Shown: in pieces, positions 62,772-64,000 of the stretch
How the letters are laid out: the number at the start of each line of letters is the position of its first letter
How positions within the stretch are numbered: the stretch's first letter is position 1
DNA from: Entomortierella parvispora E1425
Lineage: Eukaryota > Fungi > Mortierellomycota
Direction: 5' to 3'
Length of the DNA: 64,000 nt
Assembly (NCBI GenBank): GCA_020891255.1
Contig: BQFW01000012.1
Coordinates: 744,001-808,000, forward strand
Made by a program: the position numbers and the translations under genes
Notes under the pieces: model-generated
Told to the model about the DNA's origin: nothing
Seen by the model: only the letters and a program-made list of their open reading frames with translations
Database searches by the model: none

Positions 62772-64000
62772 TTACAACTTGCTCTCCGTCTCGGCAGAGC
62801 CAGCAGCCGCAGATGAAGGGTTGGCCGCCGTCTGTGAAGTCTCGGGCCAGGTATAGGGCTGCAAATGTCTCTCAAACCCAAACCGTCTGATAAACTCGGG
62901 CAATTGCTTGGGACCACGGGAGCCGTAGGGGTAGACCTCCACTGGGATCGATCCATCGTGGCGGTCAATCTTGTGCAGGATGGGGGTAAAGATTCTCCAG
63001 GCCTCATCCAACTCATCCGAGCGAACAAAGTTGGATTGCTCACCCATGATGGCGTCCAGGATCAAGTTCTCGTACGCATCTGGTACTTGCAAGTTTGTGA
63101 AACGAGAGTTGTAGGACAGGTTCAATTCAGACATGACCGTCTCCATGCCAAGGCCAGGCAACTTTTGAGTCATCTTCAGGTAAACGGCCTCCTCGGGCTG
63201 GACGCGGATCACCAACTCGTTTCTAGCGGCCACATCCTTGCCAAACAGGTTGTTGTTGTTGGCAGCCATCTCCTTGAACTGGATACGGATCTCCACCTTT
63301 TGTTGATCCAGTGCCTTTCCACACTTGAGGACGAATGGAACACCTTCCCAGCGAGGGTTGTGGATGTGGAAGGCAGCGGCAGCAAAGGTGGCCGTCTTGG
63401 ATCCCTTGGGAACAGTGTCGTCCTCCAGGTACGAGGGGTGAGCTCCATCCTCTGAACGACCATACTGACCCAAAAGGACCTCAGACTCGATCACAGGAGG
63501 GATGGTGCGAAGGACATCGACCTATCGAACGATAAACAAGTTCGCAATCAACGTTTTAGATCAAAGCAAGATAAACCCCTAAGGCAGAGGCACATGAACA
63601 CAAAGTTTTTTTACCTTTGCGTTGCGAATATCCTCTGCATTCAACGAAGCAGGCGCTTCCATAGCAATGAGCGACAAGATTTGGAAGAGATCTAGGGATC
63701 GATAACAACGTAAATGTTTATAGAAGAAAAGAAGAGGTAAGTCTCGCACTCTCCATTCACCCTCCATTCACTTTAGATTCGCCAAAGAGACAAAAAACAA
63801 TCCATCCAACAACAACTTACGGTTCTGCATAACATCACGCATGATACCAAACTCGTCAAAGTAGCCGCCACGGCCCTCGGTACCAATCTTCTCTTTGAAG
63901 GTGATTTGGACGTTCGAGATATGGTCGCGATCCCAGCACGATCCGAAGATCTGGTTCGTGAATCTCAAGATCATGATGTTCTTGACCATCTCCTTGCCAA
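62772..64000 (-). CDS. ZWF1: Glucose-6-phosphate dehydrogenase, 3' part (5' end outside the window)
   Basis: [71 protein letters not shown]; ends ESKL*. Confidence 0.96.

Overview
Gene-dense, intron-rich fungal genomic DNA; Mortierellaceae/Mucoromycota is inferred from gene content and intron style, not proven. About 20 host genes are recognisable: RPC2 (partial), two PL14 lyases, an amino-acid permease, an MscS-family channel, MCM5, LSG1, PRMT3, epsin, D-amino-acid oxidase, a GH95 fucosidase, an eIF4A-like pseudo-helicase, NDUFAF8-like, eIF1A, EFM4, an MBL-fold protein, a PARP-like protein and G6PD (partial). There are also tRNA-Ala(CGC), tRNA-Val(CAC) and a candidate U4atac (minor spliceosome) snRNA. 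The most notable object is a complete 9,607-bp Mutator/MULE element (47095-56701) with 50-bp TIRs and a perfect 9-bp TSD. It carries a predicted 1,275-aa Ulp1-protease/FAR1/DDE/SWIM fusion, a divergent zinc-finger/coiled-coil accessory gene, and between them an ~11-copy ~281-bp tandem array with higher-order structure. This architecture recalls the plant VANDAL anti-silencing MULEs (hypothesis only). Separately, poly(A)-tailed non-LTR retroelement ends with clear TSDs cluster at two sites; at one, two insertions hit the same nick ~92 bp upstream of tRNA-Ala. Every top-level TE insertion with a defined TSD lies within ~70-230 bp of a tRNA or B-box (16.9-kb insert ~260 bp once the adjacent LINE is removed). 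No database searches were run; family calls rest on recalled motifs.
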